Below are positions 25,002-36,572 of a stretch of DNA of 64,000 bases, in pieces. Numbering within the stretch: the first letter of the stretch is position 1; each line of letters begins with the position of its first letter. Made by a program: the position numbers and the translations under genes. Source of the DNA: Penicillus capitatus (taxonomy: Eukaryota > Plantae > Chlorophyta). The notes under the pieces were generated by a model that did not search any database, was not told the origin of the DNA, and saw only the letters and a program-made list of their open reading frames with translations. The DNA lies in the NCBI GenBank assembly GCA_965649825.1, contig OZ287702.1, forward strand, positions 1 to 64,000, written 5' to 3'.

Positions 25002-26936
25002 ATGCTTTCACACTCGTCTCTTCGCCAATCGGCATTTCCATCGAAACACCACCTCGGAAGGAAGACGCATTCGAAGCCATCAGCTCCCAAACCGCTGAGA
25101 GCGTCGCCACCGCAGCCAGATGTGCCAATGGAGCGTGGAGGGAAGCGCGGACACGAATGGTTTCAGCGTCTCCTATCCAAATTCACACCGTCCTTCGGTC
25201 GTTCCAAGACGTCTCTCATTCTGGATTTCGAAAAACCGCTGATCAACCTCGACAACAGAATCAAGGAGGCACGTAATGGTCCAGAACTCTGTTGTCATGA
25301 CAATGGGACTTCAGGTACGCAGAGTGGCAGAAGAGAATGGAGTCGATGTGTCTGAGCAGATCCACACCCTCGAGGAACGTTCCAAACAAGTTCAGCTTCG
25401 ATGTCATACGGATGTGTGATACTGACGCTTTTTTCATTGGATGTTTAGCTTCGGAGGGAGACATATAGTAAGCTGACACCGAATCAGCGATTGCAGGTGG
25501 CACGGCATCCCAATCGGCCGACCTGCTTGGACATTGTGATGAATATCACAGAAAAGTTTATCGAACTGCATGGCGATCGGGCCGGGAATGATGACAAGGC
25601 AGTCGTGGCTGGAATTGGCAGAATCGATGGAATGTCTTGTATGTTCATCGGACAACAAAAGGGACGAAACACCAAAGCAAGGAGGCAGAAAAGAGAGAGT
25701 TGATGTCGATGCCATGCGATGCTGCAGGAAAACATCGAACGGAATTTTGGCATGGCTCAACCGTCGGGTTTCCGCAAGGCCTTGAGGTTCATGCAGCACG
25801 CGGACAAATTCGGGTTTCCCATTGTGACGTTTGTGGATACCCCTGGTGCCTATGCTGGTGTCAAAGCAGAGGAACTCGGCCAGGTGTGGAGCCTGTCGTC
25901 CGTCTTCGAAGAAGAGAAGCTTCTCTGTTGATCTCAGGGAGAAGCAATTGCAAGAAATCTGCGCGAGATGTTTTCGCTTCGTGTGCCTGTGATCAGCGTT
26001 GTGATCGGAGAGGGCGGTTCTGGAGGGGCATTGGCGATTAACTGTGCCAACAAAGTGCTCATTATGGAGAATGCTGTTTACTACGTTGCCAGTCCCGAAG
26101 CCTGTGCAGCCATTTTGTGGAAGAGTCGTGATAAGGCAGAGCAAGCGGCAGAGGCTTTGAAGATTACGGCAGACGATTTGATGGAAATGGGCATTGTGGA
26201 TGAAGTGATTCCTGAACCGTTGGGTGGCTCACACTCCGATCCTGTCCGTTCCTTTCCAGCAGTGAAAGAATCGGTGGCGAGATGGCTACACCACTACATC
26301 AAGATGACAGACGAGGACATCACACGCGACAGGCCTGGTCATGACGAGAATCTTGACTGCTGAAGGAAGTTCCCCTTGCAGGTACATGCGCTATCGCCAG
26401 TTTGGAGTATTCTCGGAATTCTTGGTACGGGGTGGAGCCTACGAAAAAACACTAAAGGCACGGAAAGAAGTAGGTCACATGAGCATCGTTAAGATAGAGC
26501 AGAATCGATATCCGTTAGGCAAGAGGGGTCTATACAGATGCCGGCACATGGTGTGTCGATGAGGAGGAGGCAGAGTACGTGGAACAGGCAGTGGACATGG
26601 CAGAGCGCTGGGAAGAGAATATTGCCGGTTCTGACAGGCATCTCTCTTTCGCTTCTCCAGATGTGTTTCCTGTTCTTAGACAAGGAACAATGGTTGACGA
26701 TTCCAGAGATAGAGCTGGAGAGTTTGAACGAGGCATTTGAGACACTGGAAGGTGCCGATGCAGAACTGGATACCATCGAGGGTTCAGACAAGGAGGCCAA
26801 TGCACCAGTAGCTCTTCTCACACTTATCACACTTTTGGAAGATTACATGTGCACAGGAGACCCATCATCACACGCCTCTACAACAGGTAGACCCCCCGAG
26901 AAAAATAACAGAAGTGAATGGATCTGGCGATTTTGA
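25002..26936 (+). CDS. accA: Plastid acetyl-CoA carboxylase carboxyltransferase alpha subunit (nuclear-encoded, with transit peptide)
   Basis: [91 protein letters not shown] and ALKITA. Confidence 0.97.
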
Positions 26937-28063
26937 AGCGATGGAGCATTCTCCATAGCTGCGTTGTCATCATGAGTCCTGCATATGTGGACAGGTGTCG
27001 TTGTTAAACTTCTTGTTTTTGTGTGAAATGTCTCAGAGTGGACACAGACTTAGTAATGATGTGTGTGTTGATTATAAGAGGCCTAAATTTTGTATAGCCG
27101 TCACAGCATCAATGCAATGAACGATTGTTACGCCTATCACAGACCGATCGGCCCACAAATCCCCCCTGGTCACCTTCCCTAGTCCAATGAGAACAAAATG
27201 GAGCAACCCCACCACAAAAGTGGGGCCCTGCTATGAGTCCTTCCATAGGCCTAGTTTACAGAAAACGACTTTTCTGATTGCTCCGTCTATCGAAGCTCAA
27301 GAATATCTAGTTAACGAGATTCTCAGTGACGTGACCAAAACTGTGATGGAGGAGGGAGAAGCCCCTGGCAGAGATACAGCTCTTTTTACTTTATTGTGTC
27401 AGAATTTTGGCAGACGAACAAGCGAATTGATAGCAGTAGCAATAATAGTGTCTTGTCGTGTCATGTCTATGGCAAAGTTATGGTACTTTCTCAAAAACAA
27501 AGCCATCTTCCCTTAGTTGCATATACGTATTTAAGCACATGTGCATGCATCCATGCACTTGACCTTTGTGTTCTAACAAGAAGAATCCAAAATCGAACAG
27601 ACCCAAAGCAGAGAGACGTCACTTTCATTCACTGATACTGTGTTAGATCTTACGTAGTAGTTAGATCGACTGGAACCATACATGAACAAAAAATTCAAGA
27701 AAAAATGGACAGCAATGAAACATACCACAACCATCAAAACAAACCCAACCAAACCAACAAGAGGATGGCCTTCACGGAGATCAGTGCCTTATGTTTCATA
27801 CTCTCGCACGTCATGCAGGTTCACCTTATTGTTGAACTGTGAGCTCCTCTTCTCTGCAAGAGCATTGTTTTTGTACGATATACGGATGGCCTTACAAAAA
27901 TGAAATAGACATCCTGCGAAGGATGGTCTTTTGAAAGGCGTCCTTGGAAGATATTGGTAACAGGGCAGACAGAAGAGAGTGAGTTGTCACAGAAATGCTT
28001 GCCTATTATTGAACCTGCCTCAAGAATCTATGCATTCCGACCATTCGATCCACAACCCAATGT

Positions 28064-29977
28064 CTAACTCAGTTGTGGAGGGGGAGGAGGAAAGGACTGT
28101 ACAGTACTATACCACTCTGAATACTGCCTGTGCCATTCTTTATATTTCTTTCTCCACGCCTCGTACTCCTCCCGGACGGCATTAAACTCGTCAAGTGTCT
28201 GAATGCTCGGCGGCATAGCTGGCGGCTGGAGGGGTCTCATTTCGGCAGTGGAAAGTGACGTCAGTTCTGCACCATGATGTGACCCAGCATCGCTGTGTTC
28301 GCTCTGGGCATCGAACCAGGAGAGCCGATCATCGACATCCGCATCTAAACATTCACAGTCTCCCTCTTCTGAATAGACAATACTCGAGGCAGAAGTTGTG
28401 TGACTCAGACGACTGGGGAGTCGAATACAGTTCATACGTCTTTGGTGAGAGGTGGATCCCGTTTCGCAGCTGATCTCGGAAACGGCTGTGCACCGTGCAA
28501 TCCCTTCTCGAGACGACGACCGACTCATGACAGATGCCGATGACACATACGGGTCCCAGTGATTCCAGAAAGGATGCCTCTTCTCCAACCGTTCCTTCCA
28601 GCTCAGAAACTCAGATGGAGAGACATTCCCTATCCAATCGGTCGATCTTGGAGGAATGGACCGCATGACATCTGATGTCACTGCCGGAGTCTCCACCAGT
28701 TTCTGATAAGCCATTTGATCTGCTCTGTTGACAAGTGGATCTCTGTACCACTCTGTTGGAATCTGTTGCGGAAGTTCGACCAATTCTGTTCCCTCTGCCA
28801 TGTACCGTTCAAGTTGTGTTTTCTCAGAAGGTGTCACCAGCGTCACAGAGATGCCATGTGTGCCAAAGCGTCCTGTTCTTCCAATGCGATGCTGATAGGT
28901 CTCTTGATCATAAGGCAAATCCAAATTGCATACGAGATTGACACGTTCCAGATCGATGCCTCTCGCAATCAAATCTGTCGACACGATCACTCGCAGTTCA
29001 AACTGACGCATGGCAGACATCGTGGATGCTCTGTGCTGTTGGGATTTGTGACCAGATGTAAAGGCAGAAGGAAATCCGGAGGCATTGAGACGCTCAGACA
29101 GGACTTCGGCTTTGTCACGAGCATTGCAAAAAACGACGGCTTGATAAAATGAAACGCAACTGAAAATCTCGAACAGTGAGTTGATCTTTGCCTCAAAGAT
29201 CACAGCGTCTGCTTCCGGAGACAACTGCTGCTGCTGCTGCTTGACCATCTTGTAACATTGCTTGACCCCCAGCAGCGGTTTCTCACTCTCTTCGACGAAA
29301 ACCCTTTGGGGATAATCCATTTCCCTCTCAACCTCTGACAAGATTTCTGTGGAATAGGTGGCAGAAAATGCGAGAGATTGACGTGCAGAAGGGAGAGAGG
29401 AGACCAAAAATTGAACAGATTCTTTAAGACTTTCGGAATACAATTGATCGGCTTCATCCAGCACGAGAAGACGCACGTGATCCAGATGAATTTCACTCTT
29501 CTGCACGAGGTAGCAGAGCCGTCCCGGTGTGGCCACAATAACATGACAGGGACGTCGAAGGCGTTTGCGATCTTCACTAACCGCCACGCCTCCAGTAAAT
29601 ACACCACATGAAAGATTAGGATATGGCAAGTTGTTTGCTATTTTTCGGATCTCCGACGCTATCTGCTGTGCAATTTCGCGCGTTGGTGCAAGAAGAACTG
29701 CCTGAGGAAATGACAAAGAAGCATCGACGCGATCCACACATGCCAATACAAAAACGAGCGTCTTGCCAGTCCCAGACTTGGCTTTGACGATGAGGTCCGT
29801 TCCAAGACGTGCTAAAGGAATCGCGGTTTCTTGAACGGGAGACGGTGAACGGTACCCTGCCAGCAACAAGGCTCGCCGTAACGTGTCAGACAAATGCAGT
29901 TTGGCAAAAGAAGAGGACGCGGCGGACAATACGTCCTGTGTGCGTCGACGCCCATTGAACGAATGAACCAAAACCAT
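28064..29977 (-). CDS. DDX20: DEAD-box RNA helicase, DDX20/Gemin3-like; intronless
   Basis: Q motif GYRSPSPVQETAIP, DLIVKAKSGTGKT (DDX20-type), LDEAD, FSAT, ARGID and HRIGRTGRFG. Aromatic-rich C-terminus EYEAWRKKYKEWHRQYSEWY resembles the Gemin3 tail. Confidence 0.8.
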   Translation of the reverse strand: MVLVHSFNGRRRTQDVLSAASSSFAKLHLSDTLRRALLLAGYRSPSPVQETAIPLARLGTDLIVKAKSGTGKTLVFVLACVDRVDASLSFPQAVLLAPTREIAQQIASEIRKIANNLPYPNLSCGVFTGGVAVSEDRKRLRRPCHVIVATPGRLCYLVQKSEIHLDHVRLLVLDEADQLYSESLKESVQFLVSSLPSARQSLAFSATYSTEILSEVEREMDYPQRVFVEESEKPLLGVKQCYKMVKQQQQQLSPEADAVIFEAKINSLFEIFSCVSFYQAVVFCNARDKAEVLSERLNASGFPSAFTSGHKSQQHRASTMSAMRQFELRVIVSTDLIARGIDLERVNLVCNLDLPYDQETYQHRIGRTGRFGTHGISVTLVTPSEKTQLERYMAEGTELVELPQQIPTEWYRDPLVNRADQMAYQKLVETPAVTSDVMRSIPPRSTDWIGNVSPSEFLSWKERLEKRHPFWNHWDPYVSSASVMSRSSSREGIARCTAVSEISCETGSTSHQRRMNCIRLPSRLSHTTSASSIVYSEEGDCECLDADVDDRLSWFDAQSEHSDAGSHHGAELTSLSTAEMRPLQPPAMPPSIQTLDEFNAVREEYEAWRKKYKEWHRQYSEWYSTVQSFPPPPPQLS

Positions 29978-30104
29978 ATTGACGCCCTTATCTCTGTCGC
30001 GAAATGCCCTGCGCGGAGAAGTGCTGCGAGGAAGAACACGTCAGCAGGGCGTGGAGGAAAATGACACATTGTGTAGGTACGGGTTGCATCGATAGCGGTT
30101 GACG

Positions 30105-33100
30105 ATGGAAGTCGACGAGAACGAACTCCAATGCCGAAGGCGATGGTCCACCGACCTGACGCGACGGCTGGCGAAGCACACCGAGGCCTTTGAACGGGTG
30201 AAGTGCGGATTGGGTCCCATTGAGGTTTGACTGGTCGACGTTGTTAGAAGGTATGGCCCATAATGGATGCTGGAATGTCTTTGGTAAACGGCCAAGCAAC
30301 AGCAGCTACTCGTCAACAACGGATGCGTCATTCCACGAGTATTCCTTACCCATGTCAAGAGAATGTGAGATTGGATGACTGTCGAATGGATGTCAAACCG
30401 GCAGAGATGTTTTGGATGAGCGAGAGCGGTCCGCTGCAGAGTGAGACGCAGGTGCCTCTACCAGCGTTTTTTCATCGATCGAGCATTCGTTTAAAGTTTT
30501 GTGCAGTGTCCTTCGATATCTGCTGGAAATCAACGAAGACCGCTTGAAGAAGAGCGTTTCGAGATTTTGCATGTCGTCCAGGCGCTGTTGAAGGATATGG
30601 ATCTCAACATCGTGGCACATAAACGCGATCTCAAACTCGTGAAAACTGCACAGACTCTGGTGCGAGAGGCAAACCAACGGCCAAAGTGGACGAGGGAATT
30701 CTTCTATCCATGTCTCATTCAACAGAAGAATGATAAGACAGATGTTGCCCTGCTCATGGCTTTATGGAGCGTCATCGCTTTGGTGATCTACATCATCCCA
30801 TGTCCCAATGTATGTAGCGATGTGACAGGCACAGGTGTGTATTCCTTCTTGTTCGTAGGACCTCCAGGTGAAAGTGCTGGAGTACATAGACGCAACATGG
30901 AAAGCAGGCATTCCAGATCCGCTCTTTGACATTGTGACACGCATCAGAGATGATATCATGTATATCTCTGGGCTTGATCGAGATAGAATGCAGTGGTTCT
31001 GTACAGAAGAGTTTGACAGTTGCTGCGTGCTCCTGCCAGATGGACACCATCAAGAGACGCTCTATCATTCCTCCACGTCTGTTTCGGACGTTCTGGAGCA
31101 GATTACAGAGAGATGCGAATTGGGAAGCAAAGCGTCTTCGAAGCTCATTCTCATGAAAGGAGAGACGCCGCATGTGCTCGCTTCCCAAACTCTGCTCTTA
31201 GATATCTTGCAAGCCGACGACTATTCTGACGATTCTGCACAGGGAAGGCTGCAGGCAAAGAGATTCTTTGCGAGCGATGCGACGGTTGGAAGCACGAAGC
31301 TCGTGTTCTGGTCTTTCCTGCAGGCCCGCGCCGAGTATCTGGCTGGATGGTATCCTGCACCTGATGAAACGGTCGTTCAATTGGCCATTCTGTTGGCTCG
31401 CTATTCTCTGTCACAGTCTAGCTTCGGCGACGAAACACAACTCAAAGAGAACCTTCCCAACTTTATGCCAAAACAAGTATGCCTGCTCGAATCGTGCAGT
31501 ATGCCAAAGAATAAATCATTGAATAGTTTGCGGAGAAATGGAACGCGACTATAGAGGATTCAGAAGTCCTGTCAGATTTCCAGTCAGCAAAACGAATGTC
31601 TATGCAGGAGATTCGACAAGAATTTCTACAAATCATAGAATCATTGGACTACGGACTCTGTATCTTCTTTTCACCACATTCCATACAGCTACCGAATCTC
31701 GATCGCTCTTTGGAGGAGCACGCGATCCTGGGTGTGAATAGTAAAGGATTGCACGTATTTGCTGCTCGTCCTTATCGACATCTGGTATCTGTGGCAATGG
31801 AATCCATCGTCTCCTTTACGCACGATCAGAATGTACTCACCATCGATGGACGAGATCCGCATCTTCCATGTGCAATTGGGATAGAAGAGCAGAAAGGAAT
31901 GTGTGAGGTGCTGCTGCTTCACAAGGGAGATCTTCCGTCCAGTTCTCCTGTCCAACCAGAAAAGAATACTGGCGAAGATGATAATCTCCTGAAGAGAGCT
32001 GCACATCAAGCCCCTCAGCAACTGGTCGTTTTTCGGAGTTGCCCGCTCGTAGATAGTCATGATGAACGTGATCTGTCTCCCATTGCGGAACGGATGAAGG
32101 ATCAAAATTCGTGTCTACAAGCTGAGGACAGGGCGAAGAGTGAGGATCTCGTCGGACTGGAGAAGGCTGGGACAGAGAGTGGGGCATCCGTGGAAGAATC
32201 GGCGAATGCTCCCAAAATAATTCCGAAACTCACACAGTCCCTCTCTCATAATCAAACGCATTTCGCATCGTCCTCTTCTTCAAGCGGCTACCAGAATATC
32301 CCAGAGAAGCAAGAGAACCTTCGTGCCGGTTCTATCTTCGCTGAGAAGTGTGTTTGAGCGAGCAAGTCTAAAACAGAGGGATGATGCTGTTCGCGTAGAT
32401 ACATCATCGAAGATCACATGCGAGAGCTGGACAACAGTTTCGAATGCCACGCCAAGAGCTTCAACTACGCATGGGAAATGCAGAGCAGTTCTCGTGCGGG
32501 CCGAAGGGTCGTCCTCAAGTTCTACAAGTCGACGTACCATTTCCAGGAAAGCAAGGTACGGTATCACCATCTGGCATCCAAATACTTCGCCAGGTAATGA
32601 CGTACCATCGAAGTTTGCCATCATTTGTGTCTCGCAGACAATTGGAAGTCATCGAGATCGATGGATTTTTGCCATGCATGGTCTTTGAGCGAGGAGACAT
32701 GACACTGAACGAATGGAGAGAAAGACGCGTGTGCGATATCGATGCAAGACGGAACGTTGTGCACCAGGTCCGACAACAGCAACTACCATTCCCTTCTTCA
32801 GTCCTTGTCACAGATCCTCAAATGTCTCGAGGATTTGCACAAAAAGAGTGCTGTTCATTGTGACATCCAGTCGAACAATATCGAGTGGTTTGAGGCAGCA
32901 CATTGCTGGAAGCTGGTGAATGTGGACAGGGCCATCGATAGTGGAGGATATGGAACGAGACAGCCCCCTCTTCAGCTACTGGCCCCGGAGTGGTACCAGG
33001 CGACGGAAAATGGAGATGCAGACTTCGCTGTGACGCCTGGTGTCGATATGTGGTCTTTTGGCATCGTGGCCTTCGAAATCCTTACAGGTGGTGGTAGTCC

Positions 33101-34186
33101 TGTGAGACGGCTTGGACGTATGTTTGGTTTTCCAGGCAAGAATTTCTATGGAGAGGATCCGACGGATGCGAATATCAAGGACTGCCTTGCTGGCAGACAA
33201 CAACTACCAGGATGCGTTGGCCTGGATGCGAAAACAGACAGGCGATACGTCGAACGATTGCTCGAAATGGATCCTGCATCCAGAGGTTCTGCTGAGGACT
33301 GTCTGAAGTTCCTGGGAAACTCAGGGTTGCCCTATTTCTTGGAGAAACGCCAACAAGATGTATGTCCAGTTCGTGCAGAAGCAGGATTGCTCGAATGTGT
33401 GTCATCTTCTAGATGGAGAAGCAGCTGAGTGAGATCAAAGACATCCTCCGGAAATCGCACAACGAACAAATGGCGGCCAATCTAGGGGTGGATGTCGTGT
33501 TCCAGGAATTTTGCAGCGAGAAAGACATCTTGGTGCCATTCGATCAGAGAGCAGTAGACGGTGCTTTGACGGCGACAGATGACAGTTTGGAGTCTCCTGT
33601 CTTTCTATTGAATATTGGCCGAGACTATCGCCTTCGCATTCGTCTCTGGCACAGACACACCAGCACACATGACTACATCATCAAAAAGATCAAGATTCGG
33701 GGAATGGACGAGAAGCCGGAGCAAGCTGCCGAGCTGGAAATGAAGCAGATCACCTCGAACGAGGGCGTGCACACGGTTGTTGCACTTTTTGCTCCAGATC
33801 TGTTGAATTCAGCCAAGCTTTTCGAACCCACTCCTCAATTTGGCGAATTGATTGAGAGATACGTTGGTCTGAGGATTCACATCGTCGTTGGACTGGAAGA
33901 CACTTCTGAAGAAGATGTGGATTTGAAGTCTATCCTCATGTGTCAAATGTTTGTACTAGAGAATAGTCTCGCTCTCCAGAGGTTGGTCCAAAGATTCCGA
34001 AAAAAGTACTTTGAGGCGCCTCAGTGGATCAGAGACAGTTCAGGAGGGGTTATCATTTTGGGAAAGGCTGCTATTGTTAGCGTTGCTAGCGTCGCCTTAG
34101 GAAATCCGACAATGCTTGGCAGGGCCATGTCCTATCTATGCGGTCTCTTCCTGTTTGATTGTTCAAGAAGGAAAGAACAATTTTAA
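30105..34186 (+). CDS. MyTH4-FERM (KCBP-type) + degenerate protein kinase domain + C-terminal domain with hydrophobic tail
   Basis: MyTH4-like REFFYPCLIQQ...LWSVIAL. FERM lobes FWSFLQARAEYLAGWYPAPDETVVQLA and RQEFLQIIESLDYGLCIFF...ILGVNSKGLHVF. Kinase VVLKFY, MVFERGD, VHCDIQSNNI, LAPE and DMWSFGIVAFEILTG. Canonical introns join these in frame. Confidence 0.8.
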
Positions 34187-34643
34187 TAGTAAAGGTCGAC
34201 AGCCAGAAGAAAATGTCCTGCGCTCCGAGAACGGATAGTGTTCTTCCTGACAACGATGCACACATGTATGGACAGAAAGCTTTAAGCGGCTGGAAGATAA
34301 AAATCTCTTGCGATTTCCGTTTTACAAAACGAGAATAGGATTTGTCACATGAATAACATTTGTTTGTCGCGTTGTTGGTGAACAAACACACGCATCATCG
34401 GAAGACTTTAAAACAGAATGACGTAAACAACGCAATTATCTATCCCCCGTGTATAGTGTTAGAGGTTCTGATGTGACATGACATCATTCGCCAATCCTCT
34501 GAATTGATTAAAAGTAAGAAGTTCACGGCGAAAACGCTAGCCATCTCCGCCGAGCCCAGTGCGGGGCCATCCATCTCTACCGACTAAGCCAGGGCCGACC
34601 GGGTGTGCCGTCTCCGCCGGCCGAGTGGACCGAGTGCCTAAAA

Positions 34644-35226
34644 ATGGAAAATACACGACATCTGCATGTCCACAGGCAGAGACTGGAAATTGTTGCAAAG
34701 GACATTCTAGCTTTTTACGAGGGTTGGTTTTGCGGATATGTGCGCTCGATCAAGTTTTCGAAGCGCATTCGCGCCAATTACCTGATTCCTTGGCCCTCCT
34801 GCCAATCGACAGAACATTTCAATTTTTCATGATCTGTCGATCGTTTGCTACATCAGCTAAGAATGCGGCCACGTGGGGACAAGTTAGGACTGATTTCAAA
34901 TCTGCATTGATAAGTAATGGATTGATAGGTGATAGTGATACTTTCAACACAGAGATCCGCCAAATTGTTATTGTGATGTTAGAGTTTTGCCTAAATCATG
35001 GTACCAAAAAGATGGCGCGAATCGTGACGTTCAATATTATGGAACAAGTCGGATATTAACCTGTAGACAAGAAGCGGCTTAGAGTTCTTATCGAGGACAT
35101 ACTTGAATTTGTAGACATGGATGCTATACCAAACAATAACCAAACAATAAAGTACTTAATCTGTTTTCGTGTTGCCGTTAAGCACTTGGCAAGAGATCAA
35201 GAATTGCCTTGTCCAATCATTAATTA
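34644..35226 (+). pseudogene. Decayed AT-rich ORF of unknown origin (frameshift plus internal stop)
   Basis: Frames stitch into LEIVAKDILAFYEG / LVLRICALDQVF...NIMEQVGY*PVDKKRLRVLIEDILEFVDM...LICFRVAVKHL. Base composition is visibly more AT-rich than the neighbouring genes. Confidence 0.35.
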
Positions 35227-35516
35227 ACAACTTATTTATTATCAATAACGCGGCGCCCGTCGCCGACATAACTGAAATCGTTTTTTAATGCTTAACGTTT
35301 GCAATAATATTAATGTGCAGAATATGGCAAGTGTTGCTACGTTCGATTTTGTATCGAAAATAATTGACATTTGTTTAATCGGAGCGAGGAAGGACTCGCC
35401 AACGAACTGAAGAAGCAGAAACCGAGAGGGTTTTGTTCATGGAACAAGTCGGATATTAACCTGTAGACAAGAAGCGGCTTAGAGGTCTTATCGAGGACAT
35501 ACTTGAATTTGTAGAC
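35039..35516 (+). repeat. 78-bp direct repeat (35039-35116 and 35439-35516), one mismatch, 400-bp offset
   Basis: atggaacaagtcggatattaacctgtagacaagaagcggcttagag(t/g)tcttatcgaggacatacttgaatttgtagac occurs twice. Confidence 0.92.
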
Positions 35517-35848
35517 GTGTGGTTTTCTCTTTACACCCGTTCTCGTATGTTGCTTGAATGTATAGACTTACTTCCGAACTCAAAAACACTTATTTTTTCG
35601 TTTTGTCGAGATTTTGTTGTCTCGACAAAGAGCGCGAATACATGGTAATCTGTAAAGAATGGTTTGAAATTGTCATTAATAAATAAGGATTTGCCAGTTG
35701 ACAATGGTGCGTGCGACAGCAAGATTAGCAGAATCGTTGTTTTAATGGGCCAGTTTTGTGGTGATCGAGATGTTAAAAAGATGGCAAGGATAATATAATA
35801 ACGTTTGATCTTGTTACCCACATGGTACAAATTTGTACTTACTTTACT

Positions 35849-36067
35849 TTATAAATTTAAAATACAAAACACCCATTTAAAAATTCTTGAAGGTTTACGA
35901 AAAGTAAGTCTCTGATCAAAAAAGATTCCAAGATATTTATAAGAGGATTGGGATTCTACAACCTGATCGCAAAATGTGAAGGAAGGAGTTGGAGGATGAT
36001 GCAAACGTGAAAACAGACCGATCTCGACTTTCGAGGGGAGAATGTTAGTTGGTGCGTTGTCGCCCAT
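35849..36067 (-). mobile_element. Remnant of a non-LTR (LINE) retrotransposon RT C-terminus
   Basis: TFCDQVVESQSSYKYLGIFFDQRLTF matches the LINE RT end motif (KYLG..D.+L.F). The flanking frame is broken. Confidence 0.65.
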
Positions 36068-36572
36068 AATTCAAGCTTGGCAAAGACTTTTTGAAAGACA
36101 GGGATATCACTACATTGCTTATCCATGCTCAAATATACTAATACATCGTCCGCAAAGAGGGAAATAATGTTTATTAAGCGCGTCTAATTGTTTTGAAGAT
36201 CAGTCAGACTATCGTCGGGCGCGAGCATGCGTGGTACCGTGGTACCCTTGCACTTCGCGAGCAAAGTTGACTCAGCTTTTGAGCAGCGCGTCCGAATAGA
36301 TGCATCTGCCAAAAACGACAACTACAGTGGCTTTACCTGTTGTCCTTTCTGTAAGCCAATGACTCCACAAGCGATTGCAAGCGCGTGGTGAGTTGTTCGC
36401 GTGGGTTGAGCTCCTCCGTCGTCGTCTGTCGAATCGTCCTTTGACCGTGCGGCATCGTTCTTGGTCTCGTTTGGCAGTCCAGACGAGAGCAAATCCAACT
36501 TCAACGCAAGCAGAAGCGCAAAGATATCAAGAACAGCAGCGAAGGTCGACTTAGCCGAATCTACCTTCGATC

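Noticed and set aside
27187-27903. Short ORFs between accA and DDX20
   Set aside because: AT-richer convergent 3' region with no motifs; most likely UTR or intergenic sequence.
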